Of a stretch of 64,000 bases of DNA, positions 33,482-45,479 are shown piece by piece. The notes beneath the pieces were generated by a model, which worked only from the letters and a program-made list of their open reading frames with translations, was not told the DNA's origin and did no database searches. The DNA comes from Basidiobolus meristosporus CBS 931.73 (lineage: Eukaryota; Fungi; Basidiobolomycota): assembly GCA_002104905.1 (NCBI GenBank), contig MCFE01000157.1:1-64000 (forward strand). Direction: 5' to 3'. Every line of letters starts with the position of its first letter. Position 1 is the first letter of the stretch. Made by a program: the position numbers and the translations under genes.

Positions 33482-35625
33482 CCCTATGAAAAATAATTTG
33501 GCTCTGCAGGTGAAATAGATCCCAATCAATGTCAGGATCCCACAATGAGTCTGTCATGATGCAAGCAGCTTGGAATTATTGACCCTCCACACCATCTATG
33601 ACAGGATTGTAATGTTGTTTTGCTGATTTTACTGCCAAATTAAGCAAGATGAAGTAGAAATGAATACAGTGGTGGCAGAGATCTACACATTTTGCTATAT
33701 ACAGGTAGTATAGACACTCAAATCCTGTCACAAACCCCTTGCATAAAAGCTGTAGATGTGTCAAGGTGGCATTGGTGCTCTGCTGCTGGATAAATATGCC
33801 TACAATGTCAAAATATGACACCCAATGCTTCCAATGTACTCTTAGCATATATGGCCTCAGAAGGCCACTTGAATAAATACATAAGTAGTATCCAGTTGGA
33901 AAGCATACAAGGTTCATCCAGTATTGGATACAGGTAGTTATCCAGGTGGGACAGTTACTAAGGCCCAGATACCAGTAAGATTACCATCTGATATCTGCTC
34001 TGATACTGTAAGATAGGTGGCTGATTCAGGTTAATGAGAATCAGCTGCTAGCAAGATTTACTGGCAGAGTAACTGTAGGATAAGAATCCATCAAGTGCAA
34101 AGGCAAAGACATGGTCATACATACCTTAAGAGTAGCCCTTACTTCTTAGTTGTTTGTAATGTTTCCATTGAATCCATTTGAAATGTTTGCATTTGATTGA
34201 TACCAAGTGTGATACTTTATAGCTTCAAAATATTTGCTGAACTGCATGAGCTTCTTTAGACAGGGTATTACTGGAACATATCTGGAGTGTAAACAATGCT
34301 TTCCTCTTATGATGGCTGATTCCTGACAAGTTGGAAACCTTTCAATAGTGGCATTTGTGATGCAAATGCCATGCAATTGTTAGTACATGCGGGTATCAGG
34401 GCAGTCCATGGGTCAAATGTTGCCAGCCACATGATGGTGGACCATTTGTACCATGTACATGGTAAGTTGCATCTGGGAATGATTTTAGCACGAAGTAGGA
34501 GGAAATCTGCACAGCGCCCATTACTGATATTAGTGGGAACACACCACTTCTCTAGCCACAACATCACAACACTCACCAGTAGATGGATTTCTGGGCTCAC
34601 TTGACTCCAAAAAGTATCCTTGGCATTTTATTTCATTAAAGTTGTCATATTGCATATTGTGATTTTGCCAGGCTCATGCAAGGCTCCATTGTTAGGGAAG
34701 ATAGGCTCACAGTCCATCAGTGTGCCATCTTCTTCAGAGCTATCACTCTGAGTGCCATATTCAGAAGGCTGAGGTGAGCCTAAAGCTGTCACAAACTCAC
34801 CTGACTCAGTTTGTGCAAGGTGACAAGTACAGCTAGATGCCTTTGTAAAAGTACCAAGTAGCCAGCAAGATATTGTGGCTACAGTAGTGATTGATGAAGG
34901 ATCAAATATGACTTGTGTGGCAAAACTCTGGCTGTGATCATTTTAATACTTCATATGCTGTCTGCATGCTTTATGACTGACAGGCTTGTTACATTAGCCA
35001 CTTGGTCTTTTTCTCTTCTTTTACAGCATTTAATCATAGTAATCTTCTTCATGGGGCAAACAATTTGACCCACAATAATGTGACACTGTTACACCACTTT
35101 TTTGTCCATACTCATGTGAGTTTAAGACAATCTTTTATTTAAGACAATGAACCTACACAAATGTCATGTTCAATGATGACCTGCTATGGTAAGCACTATG
35201 AATACAGTTGTGGCACCACATACACACTTATATGTAATACTATTTCCCCTTTGGTTGGACTCACTTCTTGATATATGCTGCCAAAAAATAAAACAAAGCC
35301 ATCTGGTCCCCAATCAAGCCCCACTACTGACAGCAGCAGCATTGGTTGGATAACAGCTTGCTTTGACATTTGGCACAACAAGCAAAGCTACATCCAAAAA
35401 AGGCAAGATTGACAGTGTGCCCACTGAAGATAATAATGTGGACTCCTCAGGCTCTTAGTAAAGTAGGAAAATACGAATCTCTGCAGAGCTGCAAGCTGAC
35501 CCTAATACCCAGGCAGATGAGAATGCAGTAAACATAGTACCTTTGGCTGAAAACCAGTAAGTGGCCTTCATGATATCACTACTACCCATAATAGCAAGTA
35601 TGTTGTCAGCTCATACCATAGCATT
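33482..35625 (-). mobile_element. CMC/EnSpm-like transposon copy 2: terminal repeat, internally deleted Tnp2-family transposase, shared upstream region
   Basis: CCCTATGAAAAATAATTTGG terminus at 33482; transposase fragments at 33576-33917 (HLQLLCKGFVTGFECLYY), 33900-34140 (LILINLN.PPI...VSGP....YLYPILDEL) and 34146-34376; 35020-35625 is homologous to 49130-49710. Confidence 0.85.
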
Positions 35626-35663
35626 AGACTTGTTCCATTGTACTGTGCCAGGGCATTTGGTGC
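35626..35663. mobile_element. Left terminus of an AGAC-family foldback/PHIS-like element, interrupted by a solo LTR
   Basis: ATT|AGACTTGTTCCATTG; the host site is empty in the homologue near 49700 (CCAAAGCATTAATG); GGCACTAT-like subterminal repeats resume after 36739. Confidence 0.7.
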
Positions 35664-36734
35664 TGTGGTAGTATTTAAGTCCAAGGGAGAGATACATCCA
35701 ACACTTCTGAAGTGTTTTGCATGCAGGGTATTCACTGGGTGCAATAACCTCTGGCAAAAGCTTGCTAGAAATACTTGGGTTCTGTCTCTAATCTAATGTG
35801 ATGGGGAATAAAGCCAAAAGCTTGCCAAGGGAAAACTACTGAGCTACAATCCCCAACTTAGTTGGCGTCTTAACAAAAGTATGTGCTGGGTTCAGTGTCC
35901 TTTGAGATGACAATGTACTAAAGCTTCCGAAGTCAAAACAACTGTAAACTCCACCAGCAGGGACTACATAAGAATGCAGCTGTGGTCAATAGTTACATAC
36001 AGAGAAAAGTATCTTTGCTTGTACAAGAATAAACTTGGGAAAGAATCAAATATGGTAAAAGATACCTGCTCTGAGTACTCCTCACAAGTGGTGCCTCCAA
36101 GGTTAGTTGGCTGTCAGCATGGTTTCCTGGGAGTGTCCTGTGGTCTGTGGTTGGAAGTTCAGGTAGCTGCAGGTAGCAGTGATCACACTAATCAGCAAGT
36201 TGGTATATTGATAAAAGGGATGATGATTTATTGTTGAGAGATAGCCTCCCTTACATACTTTTCTCACCAGCTAAGTGATTACTAATCATGGTGTTCCAGA
36301 AGATTCTGGAGATCAATAGAAATCTTAATGACATCAGAATGAGCTAAGAGTATTCTAAGTAGGTGCCAGAAGGTACTAGGAGGCACCGCACATCCAACCA
36401 ATCAAAAATCTGTATTATGAAGCCTGTGTAACATAGGGATACCATACATGGTATGAAAATGGCAGGGATGGTGATACAGGTTGATCATGTGTCACAGGTA
36501 CTAGTGCAGGTACTTGCCTAATATAGAAGCACTTACAGCTAGTAGTCTTACATAAAGTGAGGGATAACTTATACAAAAAGGTAAGCAGGTGTGATAGTCA
36601 ACCGGCTAATGGGATAGTACTGACCAGGTAAGACAAATGGGATAAAACTAAAATAAGTGTAGTAGAGATATAGGGAAGTAGAAAATATGGGAATGAGCAC
36701 ATCTGTCAGTGGGTGTCACTGTGACCCCACTACA
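35664..36734. mobile_element. Solo LTR family B (~1.07 kb, probably Ty3/gypsy)
   Basis: TGTGGTAG...CCCCACTACA termini; end-to-end homology with 53739-54787; flanks GTGC / GCGC (4-bp TSD with one CpG decay). Confidence 0.85.
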
Positions 36735-39700
36735 GCGCAATCCTTAGTTGTTAAGGTCAATCAGGTACATTACTGTAGCTACCAGTAGGCAGGATTGCTC
36801 TTGGACAATTTTGCATCATGTAGAAAAATCTATCACACTATGGCACAATCTGACACTATGAGGTTGGCCTGGATGATTGAGCTAACTTGTAATGTTCAAG
36901 TCACATGCACAACCGGTTATCACCGTTATGGTAGGTAAAATCTGGTATATGCATATGCTTCTTTAATGCAAGTGGAAATGTGTAACACACTATAAACTAC
37001 ACTGATACTTACTATTTTGGTTACCATCAATTTAATTGGATGGCATGCCAGTGACTGATTGGCCTAAAAGTATGCTGAAGCTGTGAGCCCCCAATTAGCT
37101 CATTGCCTAATACACAAGCTACCTGATTTGTTATCAAATATCCCATTTTGCCCATTGGGCAAGTAAATCCCTGATTTTTGTGATTTGACTAGGTATAGCT
37201 AGCATGCAACCAATTATGTAGGTGCAAGACAGATCAAATAGCTGCACTGGTGTTACAGATGATAATGAAGCTTGAATGGGAGACAACCTTCAAATTACCT
37301 ATATTAAAAACTTAGTGATCACTGGCTTGCAATGGCTTGTTTTGGATTGCAAAAAAATATGTGTTGTTGGGATCATGACAAATAATAGCAATTCAATGCC
37401 ATTGCATCAGCTTCTCCTTGGTTTTTTTCTCACAGGAATTACTACTGAAGCATTTGGTAGTAGTTCTCTTTGCACAACTAAATTACCTCTTTCTTGACTG
37501 CCAGCGTGGCTACTTGTGTACTTGTATTCAGTATTTTGCCTCCAAGTTGATGAGTGCAGTCCTGCAGCTTGGCCACACTGAATTGTTCCAGATTGTGCTA
37601 CAGAGCTTGCCTGAAGTGCCACATACTCATGCATTCTTTCACTTGCCAAGGGCTCCTATGGTGGAGGCACTTCCAGTGGGTCATGGTCAGTCAGTTCACC
37701 AAAAGTAACTTGCTGATGGTCAGGTGCAACAGCCTGCACAGGTGCAACTTGATGTGCTGGCATGCCCATTGGCTGAGTTTGATGTGATGCCACTTATTAA
37801 TGCAACTTGACCTGCTCTAATGGACTTGTGTTTAATTGAGCAGTTTGGCAAGTTCTGGTAGTTTGCTCTAAACTGCATGTACTGATGCAATGCACATCAA
37901 CTCAGTGCATGACATACTTGTACAGGGTGTTGGTGTAGACTGGGCTGACATGTGCCAGTATGCCAGTGTTGCAAGGGATGGTGAGGAATCCAACAGGGTG
38001 TGCTGGCACAATCCGGATGCATTGACCATGGTCTGTATTCTTGCTCTTCAAGCTTACTTTCTGATTCCTTGAGGTATTCATTTACCCTTTTTGTAATACT
38101 TTGGAGCTGTTGTCTTGATGTGCATATTGCTCTTGGAAGCCACTTAGATCTTCAAATATATCATGCAGTACAATAGTCATTTGAGGTAGAAACTAATTCA
38201 AAATTGCCTTGGTTACCAAAGATGAGGCATGTACAGAAGCATCTGATGTGTACTGTGAAAGTTGCACACCAAATTGTTTGAGCACAGCTTTCTCATCAAA
38301 TCCCTCACTCTCAGCTAGTTCTTGATTTCAATACTTGGCATATTATGTATCTTTGTACATACATCTGCTGGCCTCTTGGTGTAGAACTCATGCCACAGCT
38401 TTTTACTCAAGTTCTTCCATATGTGTCAGCTCTCTGAGAAATCCTGTTCTACTAGATTAATGAGTAGTGCCCAAATATCTCTATGAAGGCTCAGCATAAA
38501 CAGTTGGGACATACTGGATTTGCTTATAGTATATACTATAGTCAGCAATACTCCTTTTGAAACTCGAAGATTCCAGATAAGAATCTATCTTGCAATTCCA
38601 GGTTTGAGGTGATTGTTTGAGACCATATAGAGATCTTTTAAGCTTGCAGACCAAATGGGGTTTATCTTGGACAACTAACCCATCAGGCAGGCTCATATAC
38701 ATGTCCTCATCAAGTTCTCCATTCCAAAATGCAGATTTTACATCTGTATGATGTACAAAAAACTTATATTTGGCTGCAATGGCATATATCAATCTGATGG
38801 AATTAAACTTAGCTACTAGTGCAAAGGTCTCAGTCTAGTCAAGCCCATTTACTTGAGAGTGTCCTTTGGCAACCAGTCTTGCTCTGTATCTTTCAATTGT
38901 ACCATCAGCCTGGTATTTTGCCTTAAAAACCCATCAGCATTCAAATGATTTTTTGTTGATTGGTAATTTGACTAAGTCCCAAGTCTGATTTTCCTTCAGG
39001 GCCTGATATTCCTCAGTCATTGCAGATCTCCAAACTTGGTCTGAGGGATATATATGGTCTATATTACAGTCTGGAGCTCATCAGAATGGACTGAATAGGC
39101 ATAGGCTAAGTTTGAACCCTCATTGATATAGTAATTTGGGCTATTTCTTGTCTGATTGGATCTCTGGGTATTCAATATTGATATGATCACTTCTAGAATA
39201 TTCCTTGGCACTGATTCAGGCTGAACCATAGTTGTAGAGCTCTCTGGAGTGAAGAAGTTTACATTGTTTTGCTCTGATTTAATCCTAACTACTGGTGTAC
39301 TTGGGATCAAATATAGTCATCATCTAATGTCATTTTTTGTGAGTATTTTGAATTTTCATAGAAAAAACCATTCCTGGACTTGCTCAGCTTCTTTACTTTG
39401 GTATTGTAGGGTCTGCATGCTTTACTCATATTGCAGTAGCCCAAAAATATGTATTTTACACTTTTTGGCTAAATTTTGACTGATTTCCAGGGAGTTTCTT
39501 GGCATATGCTGTGCACCCAAATATTCTTATATGTTCTGCACTTGGTCAGTATCCATACCATGCTTCAAATGGAGCAGAATCACAAAGTATTTTGTTATAA
39601 CTCCTACTTCAAAGGTATACAGCTGTGGCAACTGATTCTGCCTAACAATCATAGGATAATTTGTGATCATGGATCATTTATCTTGCCACATGAATTATTG

Positions 39701-41443
39701 ATCTCTTTACATGTTCTGCTACTCCATTTTGGTGTGGGGAGTATGGTACAGTAGTATCTTGCTTTATCCCATCAATCTTGCAGAAGAGGATGAAGAGTTT
39801 TAAGATACATTCTTCATCATTGTCAGAGCATATTTTCTTGATTTTTTACCAGTTTCTCTCTCCACCATAGCTTTAAGCTCCCCAAACTTAGACAGAGCTT
39901 CTTCCATTCTCTCCATGAAGTAGACCCATGCTTATCTTGTAAAATCATCAATAAAAATGATTAAATACCTCATCCTGCCTAAGGATAAATTTTGCCTATG
40001 TCCATTCAGATCCATGTGAGCAAGACCAGTTTTTCTCAGTTTTGATTAACCCAGAGCTCTCATACAGCTGTCTGGCCTGTTTCCCATACATGCAGGCTTC
40101 GCAGTGCTTCAAATTAGTTGGGGGATCAATTTTACTCCATAATTGGCTGATCTTTGATCATTTTGTGCAAGTATTCAAAATTGATGTGTCCAAATCTCCT
40201 GTGCCAGAGCATTGGTGTTTCTTCATTTGAGTTGCTTATATTGGCTTCCAGATATGATGGAATATAAGTTAGCTTATACCAATTCTGACCTCTGATACCC
40301 AAGGCAATATGAGCACCATTTTAATCAGTGATCCTGTAGCCAGAATTGTCAAAGCTAAAACTGGGTTCTTCTGCAGTGGCCTTGCTTACAGATAGTAGGT
40401 TCTTGGCTATTTCTGGTACATAAAGTACTTCTTTAAAGGTCAGTGTATGGCTTCCTTCCCTGCTTCTAAGGTTTACTTGGATGTTTCCTTTTCCCACAGC
40501 ATTGAGTGTTCTATTGTCACCCATGAAAACCTTCTTAATTGGAATTTCTTGATATTGGGTAAAAAGTTCTTTTTGGTGTGTTAAGTGTTGAGATGCTCCA
40601 GAGTCAATATACCATACCTGAGGATCCTTGTTTGTTGTCATGTTTAGTGCTAATTTGAACAGTCTATCTTCAGTTGTTGCTGCATTTCCATATTCAGGCT
40701 TTTCTGCTGACTGTCTCTCTTTCTGAAGCGCTGGTATGACATGTGTCCTTTCCTTTGACAGTAGTTACAAAACAGGTTGTTATTGCCTTTAAAAAGTCTT
40801 GGGTATCTTCTATGTTGGTTATCATTGATTATCAAAGCATTTTCTTCTTCCCTTGTATTGCCACTTGATTCTCTTAATTCTTCATCCAGGAGCCTTCCTT
40901 GTACATAATTTAAGGTCAGATATTCAGTTTTGGACTCTGGGGCTGATATAAGGACCTGAAACATGTCTGTCAGGTTATTCAGGATGGTAACAATTGTATC
41001 ATTATCAGTAGTTGGTATGCCCACATATTCCATCTCATCCACCAGCAGGATAACTCTGTTGAGTAGATTTTTCATTTCTTTGTCTGGCAGCATCTTTGTA
41101 GTAAAATAATCTTCTCTAAGAAAGATTTTCTTAGCATCTGAACATGACTGGTAGGTGTCTTCTAATGTCTTCCAGGTACTCTTGAACATTGAATTAGCAA
41201 TTTGTCTTTAACATTTAGGACAATGCAGTTAAAGGCACTTTGTTTTTTCTTCTTGGACTTTAAGGCTTCCTCTCCCACATCTTTAGGAGGGAATTCTTCT
41301 ATGACAATATCCCAAAAGCCTCCTTCTGGTAGCAGCATCTTTGTATCCACCTTCCACACTTGGTAGTTAGATCCGTCCAACTTTTCAGCAGAGGGAAAAA
41401 TTCCAGTTATAGTGGTAGTAGACATTGCAGAGAGTGACAGCTT

Positions 41444-41456
41444 GGGGCTTATAACC
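41444..41456 (-). promoter_or_regulatory. Primer-binding site of copia/Ty5 (half-tRNAi-Met) type
   Basis: GGTTATAAGCCCC directly after the LTR end ...TTACAACA; a second copy GGATATGAGCCCC at 60832-60844 gives the consensus GGTTATGAGCCCC. Confidence 0.8.
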
Positions 41457-41804
41457 TGTTGTAAGAGTCTTGGAGATATTGGCAGTGACTGGGAGCACAA
41501 GTAAGCTATGTGGCTTTCACTTAATAATTTATTGAATGTAAAAGTAGTATTTATACTTTTACATGGCCTTGGTGTTACATTCACATATAATAAGTTAGGG
41601 AAGGTTCCAATAACATGTGCGCAAAGTTTGGGGCTGTCTGGACAACTTTAAAAATGATCATATTCTGAGTACCTGGTATTATGTGAAAATATTCAGAGTA
41701 AATTCCAACAAGGAATTTGGTCAGTATTTCTTATGATTTGAAGGTAATAATCCAAGTGACTAAGTTAGGTGAGTACTTAGATGGAATTACAAGCTTTTAC
41801 AACA
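41457..41804 (-). mobile_element. 5' LTR of the copia element, 348 bp
   Basis: TGTTGTAA/TTACAACA termini; same length and sequence family as 32574-32921 and 1-144. Confidence 0.92.
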
Positions 41805-42078
41805 AAGTCTAATCACATCTATCCAATCACCTGCCAATCCTAATATGACTTACCCATCTGTATGGTATTTTCTGATCAATCCCATCACTACCATTAGATT
41901 TCATTTAGACACATTAGAGGAGATCTATACCAAGTGCTGTGGACCATCTACCTCAATCTACTCAAGGAGATACCTTGTTAAGCTTCTATGATATTACAAC
42001 AACTATTCCCCTATAAGGTCCCATCCCATCATTCATGGCAACAAAAGTTCTAGATGCTTTCTTTCCCAGCTGACAGCA

Positions 42079-42459
42079 ATGGAAAGCCACTTTGCAGAGG
42101 GTAGGGATGATTTAGAACAAGCTTGGAATACTGGGCTCAGAAGCTTCAAAAGACTTTCATATCCCAGAGTAATCAGCAATAGCTGCCATATGAGTAGTAT
42201 TTTGGATGCCTTCCCAATTAGGATCAACAGAACTTCTAGAGGGCAAAGGCACTCTGATTCTGGCAAATACAAGGCACACTGTGTGAAGTTTCAAGCACTG
42301 TCCAATATTGAGGGTAACATCATCTGGCTCAGTGGGCCACTTGCTCAAAGTTGGCATGAAAAAGCACTCTGGGTGGAGAATCACAAAGATTTCAGTAGAG
42401 GGGAGAAATGTATAGCAGACTTAGCTTATATAACAACAGAAACACTATATGGTCTTTGA
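42079..42459 (+). mobile_element. DDE_Tnp_4 (PIF/Harbinger-IS5 / PHIS) transposase remnant
   Basis: ILDAFPIRINRTSRGQRHSDSGKYKAHCVKFQALSNIEGNIIWLSGPLAQSWHEKAL...EKCIADLAY corresponds to the iD....I.RP...Q...YSGK.K.H..K.Q...G......S...GS.HD...aD.gY pattern. Confidence 0.85.
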
Positions 42460-42925
42460 AGCTCAACAACAGTGCCCAAAGATAAAACCTGCAGAAAAAC
42501 CTATCATAGCCTGGAAAGGAGAGACTATGATATTTATACACAAGTCTGCAAATCAAACAACATTGAAAATCTATGAAGCCATTGAGTGCAATGCTGAAGA
42601 GTGGGCTAATATTCAAGAGGCTGTTAGCAGTCTAGCAGAGCATCACCTTAAGGTTGGCATACCAAAGGGCCATCAGGAGCTTAAGGCCATGCAGAATGCG
42701 CTTGACCTATTCCTTGAGCATTATCCTGGACTCAAGCAAACAAACAGATTTTGGACCAGCATTAGTATGCAAACAAAGTATCTCAGGAATAGCAGAAACT
42801 GCTATTGGCAGAAGTACAAGGGTGCCATGGCTAACAACATCAGCTTCCTGAAGAGCTTGTCACAAGCAGAGCTGAAAGCTCCTAACAAGCAGCAAACAAA
42901 TGTCAGGTAGCCAGAGGAGTACCAA
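42449..42925 (+). mobile_element. Fragment of the CMC accessory ORF (probable continuation of copy 2 after a nested insertion)
   Basis: QQQCPKIKPAEKPIIAWKGE...EAIECNAEEWANIQEA...RFWTSISM...; homologous to 49850-50310. Confidence 0.75.
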
Positions 42926-44482
42926 TAACCAACAGCTTTATGCCACTGTTCATTCACTAGTTCCCATACATCCTGGTTTTCAGTTGATAATGCAAGATCT
43001 AGCACCTCATCTGCCAGCTTTTGCAATAATTTCTTGTAATATTCAGGTGCGTTTTCTTGAGCACTGCTCTTGAAGAAGTGCTGCAACCTGTTGGCGTGCC
43101 TATTAATGTTCCAAATTCTGCTAAAGGCATTGCAATGGTCTTTTGAGCTCTTGATGTTGTAGCCTTGTCGGTCAGTGGGATCTCCACTCTGTCAACAATA
43201 GAGGATGTGGAGGCTGTGGTAGACAAATTGCCTTTCTCTGCAATCTCATATACCTCACTGGAGTGTAACTCAACTGGCTGCACTTCCAACTGTTATGAAA
43301 ACAGCTACTTTCTTGTAAATAAATCTTCCTGGCTACAAGGAGACTTATTCAGTTCTGTGCTTATGGCATTTATTGGCAAGAGCTGCAACTTCTTTTGTAC
43401 ACTTCCCTGTCTCTGGCTTGGGTAGGCTTTTTTCCCTTTCCCACTTTCTTTATGACTGCCAGGTGCTTCACTGCTACTTTTTCTGAGTGCTTCTTGTATT
43501 GAACTATGTTTTCTCTGTGATAAATGCTACTCTGATGCATCTGTTTTGGCTTGCTTGTCCCTTGCTGGCACTCTGCAGGCAACCTGATGCTTCTTTTCTG
43601 CTTGTTTCTAGCTCTCAGCCCATATTGTGACTGGCTCCTGAGGTAGCCAGTTGTTTTTGACACTCCCAGGTCCATCACTGCTACTTTGACTGAGTGCATC
43701 TTGAGTAGAACTACACTTTTCCTTGGTAAATATTGCACTGATGCATCTGTGTCTGCCTACTTTTCCCCAATTGGCACTCTTACAGCTACCTGATGTCTCT
43801 TTGATACTTGCTTGGAGCTTTTGGCCCTGCTTGTAACAGGCTGTTGAGGAAACCATTAGTTTTTAGCCATTGAACCCTTGTTCTTCTGCCTTTTATAGTT
43901 TCTGCTATTCTTGAGATACTTTCTTAGCATACAAATGCTGGCCCAAACCTGTTTGCTTGTTTGAATCCAGGACACTGCTTATGGAGCAAGTCAAGCACAT
44001 TCTGCTCAACTTTGAGTTCTTGATGGTCCCAATGTATGCTGGCCTTAATATATTTGCATGCTACAATACTAATGGCCGCTTAAATATTAGCCCTTTCTTC
44101 AGCATTGCACTCAATTGCTTCACAGATCTATAAAGTCTTTTGATTTTTAAGCTTTGATATAAGACCTAAATTTCCTCCCTCCCATGCTGTGATAGGTTCT
44201 TCTGTGGGCTTTATTGTTTGGCACTGATGTTGTGCTTTAAAGACTGTATGGTATTTCTCTGCTGTTACATCTAGAAATGGCTCATTTCTTGGTGGTGACA
44301 TTGAGCTACTTAAGTACCTTCTTTGCAGCAAAGATACTGCTTTCTTTACCTGGGATATTGACTGCCATACACTGTGGATCTGCTCATCCAGCTTTGGCAC
44401 TATTTCCAGATTTCTCTGGGCCATTGCATCTATCCTATCAGCCATTGTGCCCAATTACTTCATTAATGCTTTAGTATGAGCT
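42926..44482 (-). mobile_element. CMC-like transposon copy 3: accessory ORF region, both ends lost
   Basis: Reverse-complement homology to 49690-51170 (MEVQPVELHSSEV..., LQKLADEVLDLA..., ADRIDAMAQRN). Confidence 0.8.
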
Positions 44483-44624
44483 AACTTTGCCATAGTTCAG
44501 TTTGTCTTTACCTTCTTATCTCCCTGCCCAAACTTCTCCTTCTATATGTGACACTATATAAAACAAGTAGTAGGGAGTAGATTTTGGCATCTCTAACATT
44601 TACCAATCTAAATTGTAGTTACTG

Positions 44625-45028
44625 AATTAGAGAATTTATAAAAATACAAATGCAATGGCACTATACAAAATCAACTGCAAGGTGCAAATTTTTGTATCTT
44701 TAATATTTTACAAAGCTGGGGCATATTTACCAGATTGGGGAATTTATAAAAATCCAAATGCACTGACACAATATATAATAAGTAACAAGAAGCAAATAAT
44801 TGTATCTTTAATAGCTTACAAAGTTGGGTTGCAGTTACCAGATTATGGAATATTTAAAGATACAAATTTTGTAGCACTATACAAAATAAGTAACAAGGAG
44901 CAAATAGTTGTATTGGATTAGAGAATTTGTAAGATGCAAATACAGTGGCACTATACAAATTCAACAACAGGATGCAAATTATTGTATCTTTAACAACTCA
45001 CAAAGTTGAGTTGTAGTTACCAAATTAA
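44625..45028 (+). repeat. 108-bp tandem repeat (~3.7 copies) encoding a 36-aa unit
   Basis: Unit starts at 44625, 44733, 44841 and 44916 (third unit has a 33-bp in-frame deletion); translation LPDWGIYKNPNALTQYIISNKKQIIVSLIAYKVGLQ / LPDYGIFKDTNFVALYKISNKEQIVV. Confidence 0.85.
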
Positions 45029-45479
45029 ATAGATGATAATATACAAATCTGCTGACCTTGTGCAAAAGTTGTTTCAAAAGTTTAACCAAATGATTTGAGT
45101 AGACTTAAATAATTCTGTAAAGACTTTTTTGCAAACTAAATTTAAAAACCATGTTAAAATATTGAATATTAAAATCCAAGTGTGAAATTCAAATATTAAA
45201 CATCAAATATCAATTATCAAATATCAAAATTGTAAAAACTTTTTAAGTCACAAGAGGTTACTTAAGACTTCAAGTTTGGTTGGGAAAAAGTTTAAACCAT
45301 ATTAATTTCCAAGAAAAAACCTTTTTAAGCAAAGTTTACTCAGAGTTGAAAATAATAAACAATCTAAAAAAGCTGTTACACAAGACATCTATATCAAAAA
45401 GTAGTTTGGAATAATTAATGTGTCATGACAAGCATAATCATCTTGTAACTTATACAGTTTGTGTTTGTTCTAATTTTTT

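Larger units (their letters stand above)
38518..41804 (-). mobile_element. Decayed Ty1/copia retrotransposon: 5' LTR, PBS, gag, protease, integrase and 5' part of RT; 3' end missing
   Basis: gag ATG at 41425 (EKLDGSNYQVWK), Zn knuckle CNYCQRKGH, protease WYIDSGASQH, LWHRRFGH, CEACMYGKQ, rve core, RT motifs RYRARLVAKG, TDVKSAFWNGELDEDMYM and CKLKRSLYGLKQSPQTWN. Sequence switches to unrelated DNA before the YVDD motif. Confidence 0.95.

Noticed and set aside
41805-41813. AAGTCT|AAT as the right end of the AGAC element that starts at 35626
   Set aside because: Only a 6-bp match, and the following sequence does not resume the expected host (ATT AATGAAG...). It could be chance or another copy's end.
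44565-44580. CCCTAC (minus strand) as another CMC terminus bounding the polB island
   Set aside because: The match is limited to 5 bp; the following bases (TACTTG) do not fit the GAAAAATA TIR consensus.
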